Part shown: positions 40,067 to 49,709 of the stretch, in pieces
Position numbering within the stretch: position 1 is the first letter of the stretch
Layout: every line of letters begins with the position of its first letter
IMG/VR virus record: IMGVR_UViG_3300037501_000255
Length of the DNA: 64,000 nucleotides
Strand: one strand, 5' to 3'
From: a virus
Taxonomy: Duplodnaviria; Caudoviricetes
Program-made: the position numbers and the translations under genes
Notes under the pieces: model-generated
Databases searched by the model: none
Seen by the model: only the letters and a program-made list of their open reading frames with translations
What the model was told of the DNA's origin: nothing

Positions 40067-41335
40067 TCAGAAAGCGCCGCCTGCAACATTCCCTACTCCA
40101 CATTCTGACCCAAAGCGGTAGTCGAGGTCTTCCCTCATACGCTGTGGATCATAGGACAGTGTTTCAAGCCAGCCATTACAGTTGTCGGTCATGAGGTGCC
40201 ATGTGGCGTAGTCGCCAGCCACGAATCCGCCGACGCTGTAGTTATTACTCGCGCAATCTTCAGTTACGAGGGCGATGTCCTCCGTTGGGCTGTAGTTGTA
40301 ATTGTAACCCTGCACAGGCTCATCACTGAAGAAGATCACTCGCCGGCGCATGTGTTCAGGCCACTCGAGACGCAGATTATTCACGTTATTCACACTCCAA
40401 ATACCATACGGGATGTATTCATCACCCCCAGGCGTGCCATTGTCGTTGTAGAAACTTTCAAGAGCATCGCACGCACCGGCAGGGCCGACAAAATCAATGA
40501 CATTCACGATATGTGGTTCAGTTGTATAGTCTCCCGCAACAGCCTGAATTGCGAACTTGCTGTTGGAGAAGATGTCTGCATCAGACCAATCACACAGTGC
40601 CTCAATCACCGCTTCAATGGTGCCGGCCATACTACCTGAGAAGTCAATTGAGATGAGGAATGCATCAGCGATAGTGTCCCCATCATCCTCATCTGTAAAG
40701 CCATCACAATCGTCATCATCGCCGTTGCCGCAAATTTCTTCTGTAGGCTTAACCTCTCCGAAAAGATATTCCAAGCCATTTTCGCACCGCCTGATGCCCG
40801 CCCGACACTCCCCGACGTTGAGAGTTTCCTCTGGGCCTGTATACTCAAAATCATCTTCGTAGCTCAAATCAGGGTCTGCGGAATCGGTTAGACCATCACA
40901 GTCATTGTCTTCACCGTCGCACACCTCGTCACCATACAGTAGCGAGACCGGATGACACAGTAGCTCGCCGTCCGGCTGGCACAACTGCATGGAGTAACGG
41001 CACTCACCCACCCCATTGCAGGTATTGCGGTAGTCATACCACTCGTACGCGATGTCGTTGTGGAGACCATCGCAGTTCTCATCCACGTTATCGGGATCGC
41101 ATACCTCTGCAGAGATAGGGGTGAAGTCCGGACACGTCAAGGTCACGGATCGATCCTCATTACGCTCGCAGACGGTTAGACCAACGTTGCAAGTAACGTC
41201 ATACGCCTCATCTTCAAGACGAAGGATACCGTCCCTGTCCACAGCGCATGGGACGTTGCATTGCGGGATAGGGACGAGAGCATCGTCTACAGCGCAGCCG
41301 CTCATCAGAAGAAGCGCAGGTGCAGCATATCTCAT
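40067..41335 (-). CDS. Lipoprotein with Cys/Asp-rich (E.CDG.DNDCDG) repeats and a C-terminal VWA domain
   Basis: Lipobox MSGC; EVCDPDNVDENCDG, EVCDGEDNDCDGLTD, EEICGNGDDDDCDGFTDE; ISIDFSGSM (MIDAS-like), FFSDE. Confidence 0.8.
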   Translation of the reverse strand: MRYAAPALLLMSGCAVDDALVPIPQCNVPCAVDRDGILRLEDEAYDVTCNVGLTVCERNEDRSVTLTCPDFTPISAEVCDPDNVDENCDGLHNDIAYEWYDYRNTCNGVGECRYSMQLCQPDGELLCHPVSLLYGDEVCDGEDNDCDGLTDSADPDLSYEDDFEYTGPEETLNVGECRAGIRRCENGLEYLFGEVKPTEEICGNGDDDDCDGFTDEDDGDTIADAFLISIDFSGSMAGTIEAVIEALCDWSDADIFSNSKFAIQAVAGDYTTEPHIVNVIDFVGPAGACDALESFYNDNGTPGGDEYIPYGIWSVNNVNNLRLEWPEHMRRRVIFFSDEPVQGYNYNYSPTEDIALVTEDCASNNYSVGGFVAGDYATWHLMTDNCNGWLETLSYDPQRMREDLDYRFGSECGVGNVAGGAF

Positions 41336-41338
41336 AAC

Positions 41339-41815
41339 TCACCCACCCACTACCCAGAGCATCATCTTGGCTTTCGAGGAAAATTCTACAGGAATCTTGG
41401 CACGCTTAAAGTGGCGCTCAAGAGGGAATTGGTATACACCAATGCCAAAGATAACATCCCCGCCATTACACTCGTCGCATGAAAGCGCATCGCTGTCCAC
41501 CCTGTGGAACCCAGCATACCGCAACATCTTGCGATAGCCGGGGATGTATTTATCGCATTCTGCTCGGAACGCGCGTGTCACAAAATCGCCCGGCTCACCT
41601 TCAAACTCATTCAAATCATACCGTGCGAGTACGGCTTTGTATCGCGGCTTGTAGACTGGTTCCTCGCTATCATGCTCGCGCCCTTCGACCAAATCCTCGT
41701 CATCGTAATTCTCGGCTGCGTTAAAAACAGCCGTGATTTCATCAGCCAGCTCCTTGGGAAACAGGTCTGCAACCTTGACTCCGAATACACCACACGGATA
41801 CCAGTGCCAGCTCAT
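41339..41815 (-). CDS. Hypothetical protein
   Basis: 158 aa ORF with GGAG RBS. Confidence 0.65.
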   Translation of the reverse strand: MSWHWYPCGVFGVKVADLFPKELADEITAVFNAAENYDDEDLVEGREHDSEEPVYKPRYKAVLARYDLNEFEGEPGDFVTRAFRAECDKYIPGYRKMLRYAGFHRVDSDALSCDECNGGDVIFGIGVYQFPLERHFKRAKIPVEFSSKAKMMLWVVGG

Positions 41816-41847
41816 AATTAACTCCCGGTTAGTAGTAAATCGTTAAC

Positions 41848-42309
41848 TCACTCGGCAATCGCACGAACCCAGTCCGGGGCCCGATTGAAAACGCCGGTAG
41901 CCACGTCAAGGTCGTAGTCACGACCCGCAATCACAATGCGACCCGTAGATGCGCTATAGAACGTGTTGACCTGCGGCAGTACACCCCCGTTGGGCCGCTT
42001 GCCGTTGCGGAGGTTGGACAGGTACACCTTGAGGCTGCCCATTGTCAGCCCCTTGAGGTGTCGGCCCACCGCTGTCGCGCAAGCGTCGACCAGTTGCGAA
42101 AGCCGCTCATCATCCATCACAATCACAGTACCGCCCTGTGACTCCTTGAGTTCCAGAACATAACTCATCGGGGCCACACCGGCAGGGAACAAATCTTTGC
42201 CGTTCACCAGATAGGCAAGCATAATGACAACGCCCATGATACCGTCAACTCCCTTGATGGGCGAAGCCTCGGCCATCGAGCCGCTGCCAATGAAAGAACG
42301 TACAGTCAT
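41848..42309 (-). CDS. Hypothetical protein
   Basis: 153 aa ORF. Confidence 0.6.
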   Translation of the reverse strand: MTVRSFIGSGSMAEASPIKGVDGIMGVVIMLAYLVNGKDLFPAGVAPMSYVLELKESQGGTVIVMDDERLSQLVDACATAVGRHLKGLTMGSLKVYLSNLRNGKRPNGGVLPQVNTFYSASTGRIVIAGRDYDLDVATGVFNRAPDWVRAIAE

Positions 42310-42441
42310 TCCGAGATCTCCTCTTGAATACGGAACGTCGCGTCAGGATGCTCGCGTAGTAGATGCCAAGCAATCGCAGCACGGGCGAGGGGGAGTGATG
42401 TGTAGACCCCACACAAAAACTCCTCCTCGAACCCCGGCTTA

Positions 42442-43494
42442 CTACCGATGATCAGAAACACTAGGTGCATCGAATACCTTGGTCGACATACTAAGCCTCT
42501 CCCACTCAGCGCGATTGCGCTCAGCATCCTCGCTGAACTGCAGGCTATCCGCCCCCATCTTCACCAGTTGCGCTGCAACAGAGTAGAAAATCGGGTGGCG
42601 AGTTGCAACCACAAGCCCAAGCCAGTCCTTAGCATTCTTTCGCAGATGCTCTACCATCGGAGGCGGGGCACCACGAACAACGCCGCGAACCAGACCGGCC
42701 TGAATCGCCGCCGCCGATGCAACCTGCTGCGCTGCCTCCGCACTCATACCGTGGAATGCCGGCGCAAGCTTCCAAGTGCGCCGCCCAAAGTAGTTGGTCT
42801 TGATCACCAAAGAACGGCCAGTCAGGGCACAGCGGGTGCTGCGTCCCGGCAGCTTATCCTCCTCGGCAAGCTGCATCCATTCGGTCACAGCATCGTTCAT
42901 ACTGGGCTTAGCATAGAAACCCAGAGTTCCCATACGGTGTCCGCTTGGACGCTCGGGATCAACGTACATGGTACGCATTGCGAACCGCATAGGACTCGGA
43001 ACACGGGGTTCGTGCAGCCTCACATTCAGATTCCATGCTAACACAGGATCAGTGGATTCACGGCACCGGCGAGCAATCTCAAGAATCTGAGATGCTGGCA
43101 GCGCGTAGAGATTGCCGGACCAGTTCAGCTCTTGCGGAGCAGCCCGGATAATCTCGGCAATGATGCGTTGCGTAGAGGAAGTCTGCCGCGCAGGGCGAAC
43201 CTTTACAGCCTTCAACTCATCCAGTAGGGTCACGGGGTCGGAGGCAAGACGCTTGCGCGCGGCCTCATCACGGCGAGTCTTCTCGGCATCACGGCGAGCC
43301 GTAACACCGTCATCGTAGTTCGGTTGCCACGTCGTAGCCTTGCGGCCAAAACGAAGTTCCCGGTTCTCCCACCGCGCAGTCTCCTCTGCGGTAGGCATGG
43401 GAGGAAGTTCAACCTCGCGGTCACGGCGAGAGCGCACCGAAACGTGACGGAGGGATTTATAGTCGAAATCTGCAGCAAATGTGATCGGCATCAA
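42442..43494 (-). CDS. Hypothetical basic protein
   Basis: 350 aa ORF with GAGGAG RBS directly under a promoter. Confidence 0.7.
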   Translation of the reverse strand: MMPITFAADFDYKSLRHVSVRSRRDREVELPPMPTAEETARWENRELRFGRKATTWQPNYDDGVTARRDAEKTRRDEAARKRLASDPVTLLDELKAVKVRPARQTSSTQRIIAEIIRAAPQELNWSGNLYALPASQILEIARRCRESTDPVLAWNLNVRLHEPRVPSPMRFAMRTMYVDPERPSGHRMGTLGFYAKPSMNDAVTEWMQLAEEDKLPGRSTRCALTGRSLVIKTNYFGRRTWKLAPAFHGMSAEAAQQVASAAAIQAGLVRGVVRGAPPPMVEHLRKNAKDWLGLVVATRHPIFYSVAAQLVKMGADSLQFSEDAERNRAEWERLSMSTKVFDAPSVSDHR

Positions 43495-43509
43495 GAACTC
43501 CTCGGCAAG

Positions 43510-43537
43510 AGAATAGCGACGGACGCCCCCGCGTCAA
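43510..43537 (-). promoter_or_regulatory. Sigma70-like promoter TTGACG-N16-TATTCT
   Basis: One of six copies with identical spacing. Confidence 0.7.
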
Positions 43538-43703
43538 GCCGCCGGATCTGGCATAGCACAAAGTGGTGCGAGGTAAGATGAGAGCATCATCCACCGTGCA
43601 ATGGGCATGATTGTGTACATGGTTGTAAGGTCATCTACACCCGTTCTTCCTTCGTACATGCCCTCAATCGCCACACAAGCAATGATCCAATCAGGATGCT
43701 CAA

Positions 43704-44045
43704 TCAGGTCTGGAATCTGATTGAGATTGCCGAAGCGTGACACAGTGGGCATTTTGCTTCACCACCTTCCATGATGGGACTCGCGGGGCCATTGAATTGC
43801 GTGTGCCAGGTACACCGCTCCTTCTGCACCCGTTTGATGTGTTTGCAGTAAGAGGCGGCCTCGCCACGCTTTCGGAATTGGAAATCGGGGCAAGTGCAAT
43901 AGAAGTCGTGCTGCACTCCACGCTGACGCGGATTTTCTACACGTCCAAAAGAAACCACATAGGTTTCACCGCTGCGCGAATGAACTACCCGCGACCAGTT
44001 CGTATTGTTGCTGCACATCCATCCATGTTCAATCGTGCGGGCCAT
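43704..44045 (-). CDS. SWIM zinc-finger protein
   Basis: YCTCPDFQFRK...YCKHI; C-terminal CPLC. Confidence 0.75.
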   Translation of the reverse strand: MARTIEHGWMCSNNTNWSRVVHSRSGETYVVSFGRVENPRQRGVQHDFYCTCPDFQFRKRGEAASYCKHIKRVQKERCTWHTQFNGPASPIMEGGEAKCPLCHASAISIRFQT

Positions 44046-44544
44046 ACGTTTGCACCCCTCGGCAACCCATGCCAGGTTCGTTGAAGTTGATAGAGAATCG
44101 CAGCTTGGGAAATTTGGACGATAGCTTCTCAATCACCTTAAGCGGCGGCCCCCATGCGGTATCAAATGTCAGAGTGACACCAGAACCATTCTTCCAATCC
44201 GTGCGGTACAGCTCGTTCTTGTGAACATCCCACTTTGTACCCCAATTATTCACCGCCCAATCATACCAATTATCTGCACCAAATCGGCGGCGCAGTTCCT
44301 GCTGCATGCGGGCTGTGATGGGAATACCTCCAAAGGTCTTAATCTTGCCATCAAGATACTGCTGATGCTCTTCCTCAGAAACAATCCGAGTGGGACTCGC
44401 AATACCACGCAATTCCTCAGGCATCGGATAGATAGCCTGAAAGAAACCGCTGTCGTCCTTCATGTTGTCAAGCATGGATAGGAATTCACGAACGTCATCT
44501 CGTCGTCCACGAACGGACAGCTCATTAAAACACCAGTTCGGCAT
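44029..44544 (-). CDS. DUF1281/YubB ferredoxin-like family protein
   Basis: MPNWC.N...NWYDWAVNNWGTKWD...FDTAWGPP...FNEPGM. Confidence 0.8.
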   Translation of the reverse strand: MPNWCFNELSVRGRRDDVREFLSMLDNMKDDSGFFQAIYPMPEELRGIASPTRIVSEEEHQQYLDGKIKTFGGIPITARMQQELRRRFGADNWYDWAVNNWGTKWDVHKNELYRTDWKNGSGVTLTFDTAWGPPLKVIEKLSSKFPKLRFSINFNEPGMGCRGVQTYGPHD

Positions 44545-44753
44545 TACTACTCCTGTAGGAAGAGGGGGGGGGAGAACTTATCGCTTCATCAGTACGCGTC
44601 CGTCACGATATGCGCGATATTAAATCGCTCGTGTTTGTGGCGCTGCGACGGGTGCTTGACGTTATCGATGACTTCAATGGAGAGCGACCAAGGCCGCTCC
44701 GCATCTAGGTAGGACCGGAGGTTTGCACCTCCGGCGCCTGCCATGCAACATGC

Positions 44754-45077
44754 TCAGGTGCCGATCGCCTCGGCAGCCTGAATGCCCTCGGCCAGCGACG
44801 CCTGCAGCGCCTCGAGCCGCTCGATCAGATCAGGCAGCTCACGAGCCGGGAGACGGCTCACCGCCGACAGGTCGAGGACAGCCCCACCAGCCCCGCGCGC
44901 CTTCTTGCCCTTGTTCGAGGCAACGAACGCACGGTAGTTCGCAATCAGGGCCACGCGACCGGCAGGCACCTTAGCCTCACCGTTGGCCTCGTTGCGGAGC
45001 ACGACCGGGTGCGAGAACACAGTCTCGACAACCGAATCACCAGTCTGAATCACCTCTGCAGCAAACGCAATCGTCAT
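44754..45077 (-). CDS. Hypothetical protein, tandem paralog A
   Basis: 107 aa; own promoter and GGAG RBS. Confidence 0.75.
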   Translation of the reverse strand: MTIAFAAEVIQTGDSVVETVFSHPVVLRNEANGEAKVPAGRVALIANYRAFVASNKGKKARGAGGAVLDLSAVSRLPARELPDLIERLEALQASLAEGIQAAEAIGT

Positions 45078-45100
45078 GTCTCACTCCTTGGTTGCGGGCT

Positions 45101-45514
45101 TCATGCCCGACGCGGAAAGAATAGCGAATAATTCTGCTCTGTCAAGGGAAGGGGGCTCGACCCGGATGAAACCAGATCAGGCCCCCTCCCCCTCCCCTCA
45201 CAGGCCTCGGCCTGCTCGATACCCATCTCAAGGCTATCCTGAAGCTCGCGCAGCTTCGCAATCAGATCAGGCAGCTCACGAGCCGGGAGACGGCTCACCG
45301 CCGACAGGTCGAGGACAGCCTGACCGGCACCGCGAGCCTTCTTGCCCTTGCCGGACTGGTTGAAGGCGCGGTAGTTCGCAATCAGACCGATGACACCGGC
45401 GGGGATCGCCTTCGCCTCGGCGGTCGCCTCGTTGCGGAGTGCAACGGGACGAGCGAACACGCTCTCAACAACGGACTCGGACGCGGTAGCGGTCTCAGAC
45501 GTGAACATCACCAT
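45101..45514 (-). CDS. Hypothetical protein, tandem paralog B (3' end uncertain)
   Basis: Aligns end to end with paralog A; own promoter. Confidence 0.7.
   Translation of the reverse strand: MVMFTSETATASESVVESVFARPVALRNEATAEAKAIPAGVIGLIANYRAFNQSGKGKKARGAGQAVLDLSAVSRLPARELPDLIAKLRELQDSLEMGIEQAEACEGRGRGPDLVSSGSSPLPLTEQNYSLFFPRRA
45118..45145 (-). promoter_or_regulatory. Sigma70-like promoter TTGACA-N16-TATTCT
   Basis: Read directly. Confidence 0.7.
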
Positions 45515-45591
45515 ACGTTTCTCTCTCTTTCTGGCCCATCGGGCCGGGGTCACTTCCAACTGGTCAGGACCACCCTGCCAGCCACGCAAAC

Positions 45592-45619
45592 AGAATAGCG
45601 ACCAACCCAGATCTGTCAA
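45592..45619 (-). promoter_or_regulatory. Sigma70-like promoter TTGACA-N16-TATTCT
   Basis: Read directly. Confidence 0.7.
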
Positions 45620-45871
45620 GCAGGTCGCTTGTGTTTCTTGGATCTGATCCGTGCATTAACTGGCACAGATCCTGCAGGGGGTGCAAGCCCCGTGCCAAGA
45701 TTTATGCGACTTCCTCCTCATTTGGATCTGTGCAAATGTGCGCAGGATGCGAAAGTCCTGCAGCGTCTGCAAGATCCAAAGATATCGAGCGTTAACTACT
45801 GCCAGGTCGGATAGCAAGTGCTTCATCACTCACAGCAAATCTCCATGATTTCCGCAAGTGTGCGGTCTAGA

Positions 45872-45898
45872 GCATTTAATCGACTGTCGATTAAATGC
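45872..45898. repeat. Perfect inverted repeat GCATTTAATCGAC-T-GTCGATTAAATGC
   Basis: 13 bp arms, 1 nt centre. Confidence 0.9.
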
Positions 45899-45930
45899 AG
45901 GCGAGACAGCGCCCACGGGATGTGGGCACT

Positions 45931-46242
45931 CTATGCGGTCTGTTTCTCGAGCCATGCTTGGAAGTCGTGGACATAGGGCCGCGAGTGATCATCCCCACCG
46001 ATGTTCAACTCAATCGGCTGAGTATCATGCACGCTCCACATATTGTGTCCATACTTCCAGTCATACAGAGTGAAGCGCGAACCTTCTGGTCCGGTGAAGT
46101 AGAATTCTCCAGTGGTTTTGTAGCCATCGCCGGGCTGTGGATTACCAAAAGCACGCATCACACGGGCCGGAGATAGTGTGGTGCGAGCAAGAAGAAAAGT
46201 GCCGTTGATATCAAGGTCTTGGGTAAGTCGAAACATACTCAC
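45931..46242 (-). CDS. Conserved phage hypothetical protein
   Basis: L...FGNPQ.GDGYKT..E......FTLYDWK. Confidence 0.7.
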   Translation of the reverse strand: MSMFRLTQDLDINGTFLLARTTLSPARVMRAFGNPQPGDGYKTTGEFYFTGPEGSRFTLYDWKYGHNMWSVHDTQPIELNIGGDDHSRPYVHDFQAWLEKQTA

Positions 46243-46513
46243 TCCGTGATGATGTTGTAGTCGACGATAGCAGGATTGCTTTCGGCGATGCTTGCGATGT
46301 ACTCCGCGACACCCGCATCAATCGGGCCCGCCTGCTCGTTCATCACATCCGTATTCTCGAATTCCAGAGTAATTGTGATTGTCAGCTTTTCCACATTAAC
46401 CTCCCTTGGGCCTCATAGGTCCCAATGCTTGACTGCTACAACGCGGGCAAGTCGTCGTAAATGCGCGCCGCCCGAAAGCATGCTTACAATCGTGGCAGCG
46501 ATACCAAATCATG

Positions 46514-47587
46514 CTACTCTCCAATCTTCAATAGGAATGCGTTGTTGATTGCCTTGAATGATGTGCGAGCGGCGCCGCCACCATTGAATGCAGTCAGCAC
46601 AGGAGAGCGGCACTCCGTGGTAGGACGAATGACGATGCCTTCACGAGGATGTCCGTTTGCGTACTTACCCTCCGCACGTTTGAGAATCGACTCCAGTGTC
46701 TCATCCAGCGGCCCTACCCATTCAATCGGAACCGTAGGAATACCGGCCATGTCACAGAAGTGCAGGAAGTCTCGGAAGTCGAGAAAATCCTGACGCTCAA
46801 TCGAGTATACCTGAAAGGCGTAGAATTCTTTCTGCTTCAATCCAATGCGATTCGCCTGAATACCTGGACCACAGAACTCTCCCTGCACTGCGAATCCCTG
46901 CGGAATTCGCTCGAAAATGCGCAACTGTCGGGCCATTTGCCAGTGCGGAGAATCTGGCAAATCCTTGACCGCGTAGTTGCGCATGCAGACTTTATGAGTG
47001 TCGACCCCGCCGTCGTTGTACCGGGCAAACGTCAAACTCTGCCCGTCCATCTTGACTGCGATGTAGCACTCCGCACCACGCAATTCATCTAGAATTTCCG
47101 GCACAGCCTGTACGCGCGTCTCGTCAGTCTTTGGGAATAGGTGCGTGGGAAAGGCGCCCCCGACTTCGCGGGCAGATGCATGAATCGGCGGCTTCCATTT
47201 GGTAACACCCAGAGCCTCGGTTACATCAAGGCCCTCAGTAGGGGTGATGCCCGCAGGGAGAATAGATACAGGTAGGGCAAGACCCTGTGAAAGCACTCCG
47301 CGCAGACGCTTCGAACGAAGCTTGAAGTTGTCAGGCCGAGGTACTCGGGGCTGAGGGATAGCGGTGCCATGTTCATCCACCTTGGGTGAGGGCTGCCAGA
47401 GGAAGTCGAACGTTGCAGTGTCGGGAGGAACACTGTCAATCTCGAGGAATACGCAAAGGTCATCGGGTCGGAAGTTGCCTTTGCCCGACACCAACTGCCA
47501 GCCTAGTACCTTCAACCGTTCGATCTTGTCCGCGCCCCCGATAGGATCGACGGATCGCACACGCTGCACAGAGGCGAGTTTACGCAT
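46514..47587 (-). CDS. RNA ligase (ATP), DRB0094-like family
   Basis: MRKLASVQRV...ADKIE...LGWQLV...F.EIDS; LRGVLSQGLALP; FPKTDETRVQ; KMDG; QGEFCGPGIQAN; REGIVIR; SFKAINNAFL. Confidence 0.92.
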   Translation of the reverse strand: MRKLASVQRVRSVDPIGGADKIERLKVLGWQLVSGKGNFRPDDLCVFLEIDSVPPDTATFDFLWQPSPKVDEHGTAIPQPRVPRPDNFKLRSKRLRGVLSQGLALPVSILPAGITPTEGLDVTEALGVTKWKPPIHASAREVGGAFPTHLFPKTDETRVQAVPEILDELRGAECYIAVKMDGQSLTFARYNDGGVDTHKVCMRNYAVKDLPDSPHWQMARQLRIFERIPQGFAVQGEFCGPGIQANRIGLKQKEFYAFQVYSIERQDFLDFRDFLHFCDMAGIPTVPIEWVGPLDETLESILKRAEGKYANGHPREGIVIRPTTECRSPVLTAFNGGGAARTSFKAINNAFLLKIGE

Positions 47588-47770
47588 TTACTTTCCCTAG
47601 ATATTGACGGGTTTTCCGTCTGCCGTCTGAAAGAACATGGCGCCGGGACCGTTACCCTCTGCGTCACATTGGATAACAACGCACACGCCATTGTCAAGGA
47701 TCAGGATTGGACTCCCACGATCCTGTGCCCATTGAGCGCCTTGGCAACTGCAGCTTCGTACTTACTCATA

Positions 47771-48157
47771 TCACCACCACGATGTGTAATAGACCGCGCG
47801 ACCCTGCGCAATCAGTTTTCGCGCCTCTGCAACAAATTCCAAATCTTCAGCGGCCTCATCTTCAGTACCCTGCGAACGACCGAAGAAAGACCCCGTGGTT
47901 TCCGGAAGCGCGCCACTCTTGATGTCTGCCTCCAAACGATCGAGATCCTCCGGCAGAAGCCGTACCGGAATGCAGTTGAAGCTCTCAGCCGTACCACCCT
48001 TCTCGCGGTATAGTTCCTCCATCCAACCATGAAGATTAGGGTGTTTGCGCCAGTAGTGAAACTCAACTGCGCTCAGACCATCTGCATCCTCAAAGTCAAC
48101 CTGTGAGGGGCCGAGAAGACGAGCGTCACAATGCATGGCATATTGTTCGAGACCCAT
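47771..48157 (-). CDS. Conserved phage/plasmid hypothetical protein
   Basis: MGLEQY...YWRKHPNLHGWM...FNC..V.L..EDLDRLE...LP.T.G.FFG...VYYTSWW. Confidence 0.8.
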   Translation of the reverse strand: MGLEQYAMHCDARLLGPSQVDFEDADGLSAVEFHYWRKHPNLHGWMEELYREKGGTAESFNCIPVRLLPEDLDRLEADIKSGALPETTGSFFGRSQGTEDEAAEDLEFVAEARKLIAQGRAVYYTSWW

Positions 48158-48374
48158 ATCAATCCTCCGTCAGTTGTTCAGTTGCGCGGTCAACGAGTTC
48201 TTGCTGCTCTTCATCTGTATACTGACCATTTCCTACACGGTGAGCGCAGCCCCACCGGAAGGCATTATCAATAAGTTTTCGCACTCTCTCATGATTACAG
48301 GCAGTTACCGCGTAGGTGATGGCGTGCAGAAACTCTTCGTACTTTTGAATTTTCTGCTTATCAGCGAGTGTCAC

Positions 48375-48962
48375 TTATGCCTCCAGATCTTCGCCGAGCC
48401 ACCACAGATTAGTCTCTTCAAAACCAGTAGATTCGGGCATTTGAATGCGGACCTTATATCCGCGATACAATTCGCCATCCACCCCAAACTCGCGCGTCTC
48501 GTCGGTAATGATGCCCGTACGACCCCACGAAGCCGCATACCATTCAAGCAGCCACGCCGTTGGAAAGGCCCGCTCAATCGTACGCGCCTGACTACGGATC
48601 GTAACACGATCTCCTACGCGCTTCTTGACAGAGCGCCCCATCATCTCGCGCCACATGAGGCGTTGGAAGGCGGCAGCGTATGCGAGTTGCCGCTGAGCTT
48701 CGCTAAGCTGCTCATCGCGCCACGCTCTGCGAAGCATCTCGGCATCGGGAATCTGCTCAATCCAATCACTGGGAACCCAGCATTCGTCAGGAAGTCCTGC
48801 GACCATTACAAGATACGAATCATCGTCCTCGTCGTATCTCAGGATTCGAGTGACCCGCTTACCAGCGATATCTTCCCAGACAGTGCCGCCAATTGCATCG
48901 GACGGCGGCGCAAGCGTCACAATCTGAAGGCGCTCAGTTGCTCCGGGCTGCCATGCCATCAC
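48375..48962 (-). CDS. Hypothetical protein
   Basis: 195 aa ORF coupled to its neighbours. Confidence 0.65.
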   Translation of the reverse strand: MMAWQPGATERLQIVTLAPPSDAIGGTVWEDIAGKRVTRILRYDEDDDSYLVMVAGLPDECWVPSDWIEQIPDAEMLRRAWRDEQLSEAQRQLAYAAAFQRLMWREMMGRSVKKRVGDRVTIRSQARTIERAFPTAWLLEWYAASWGRTGIITDETREFGVDGELYRGYKVRIQMPESTGFEETNLWWLGEDLEA

Positions 48963-49429
48963 ACCACCTCGTGGTCCTTCAGAATAGCGCGCTCACGCTG
49001 CACGTCAACCACCGGCGCCCCGCTGAGCGCCCGAATTGCCTCCTCATACCGGTGGCGATTGTGCAATTCCAGAGCATGATATTCGTTCCAATTTTCAGCG
49101 ATGATATGCTCCATACGCTGTGCGTCGGAGAGTGACATCGCGTAAGAGAACGGATATCCGCGCAACACCACATGCCTTAACCCGCGCTCGCTGGCCTCAA
49201 CCCGCGCGGCATGCAGTTCCGTAATCAGTGGCCCGACGTGGTGGGCGAGCAGTGTGTATTTTCTGTCATCGATTTCAATGTCGATATACTCCATTCCGTC
49301 CACAAGCACACCTCCGAAGTCGATATGCATCACGTTGGATCCCATCTCCTCAGGCTTGGTGCCCAGGGCAGCAGCAAGCTCTGCAGAGTTGGTTTGATAC
49401 ACTGCATTGTCAGTTGAAATGTAAAACAT
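48959..49429 (-). CDS. Hypothetical protein
   Basis: 156 aa ORF with GGAG RBS. Confidence 0.65.
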   Translation of the reverse strand: MFYISTDNAVYQTNSAELAAALGTKPEEMGSNVMHIDFGGVLVDGMEYIDIEIDDRKYTLLAHHVGPLITELHAARVEASERGLRHVVLRGYPFSYAMSLSDAQRMEHIIAENWNEYHALELHNRHRYEEAIRALSGAPVVDVQRERAILKDHEVV

Positions 49430-49597
49430 TCGCGTTACTCCAGTTTGAGTGGGTTTTCCGGTGTCGTATCGCTCTCATCTGGTTCGCGCAATAGCCGCTT
49501 GAGTTTACGCACAATCTTCACCACCGTATGTATCGGCAATGAGAGCATTGGCTTGGGTTCCTCAGGAGTTTTCACTACCAGATAATTATTTATTGCA

Positions 49598-49623
49598 CGA
49601 AAAGGGGGTTCCCGAAGGAACCC
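49598..49623 (-). terminator. Intrinsic terminator downstream of the tRNA cluster
   Basis: GGGTTCC-TTCG-GGAACCC-CC-TTTT on the minus strand. Confidence 0.8.
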
Positions 49624-49624
49624 T

Positions 49625-49701
49625 TGGTCGGCCCGGTGGGACTTGAACCCACAACCCTTCGATTATGAGTCGAACGCTCTAACCAATTGAGCTACAAGCC
49701 G
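49625..49701 (-). tRNA. tRNA with CAU anticodon (probably Ile2, otherwise elongator Met), CCA encoded
   Basis: Cloverleaf; anticodon arm TTCGA-CTCATAA-TCGAA; paired position 1:72 (not fMet); C4:G69 and C29:G41. Confidence 0.92.
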
Positions 49702-49709
49702 TCGAGATT

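Noticed and set aside
44590-44750. Hairpins (CCGGAGGT-GCAA-ACCTCCGG) as an ncRNA
   Set aside because: The stretch also holds a plausible ORF of about 50 aa (MAGAGGANLRSYLDAERPWSLSIEV...); a terminator or coding explanation suffices.
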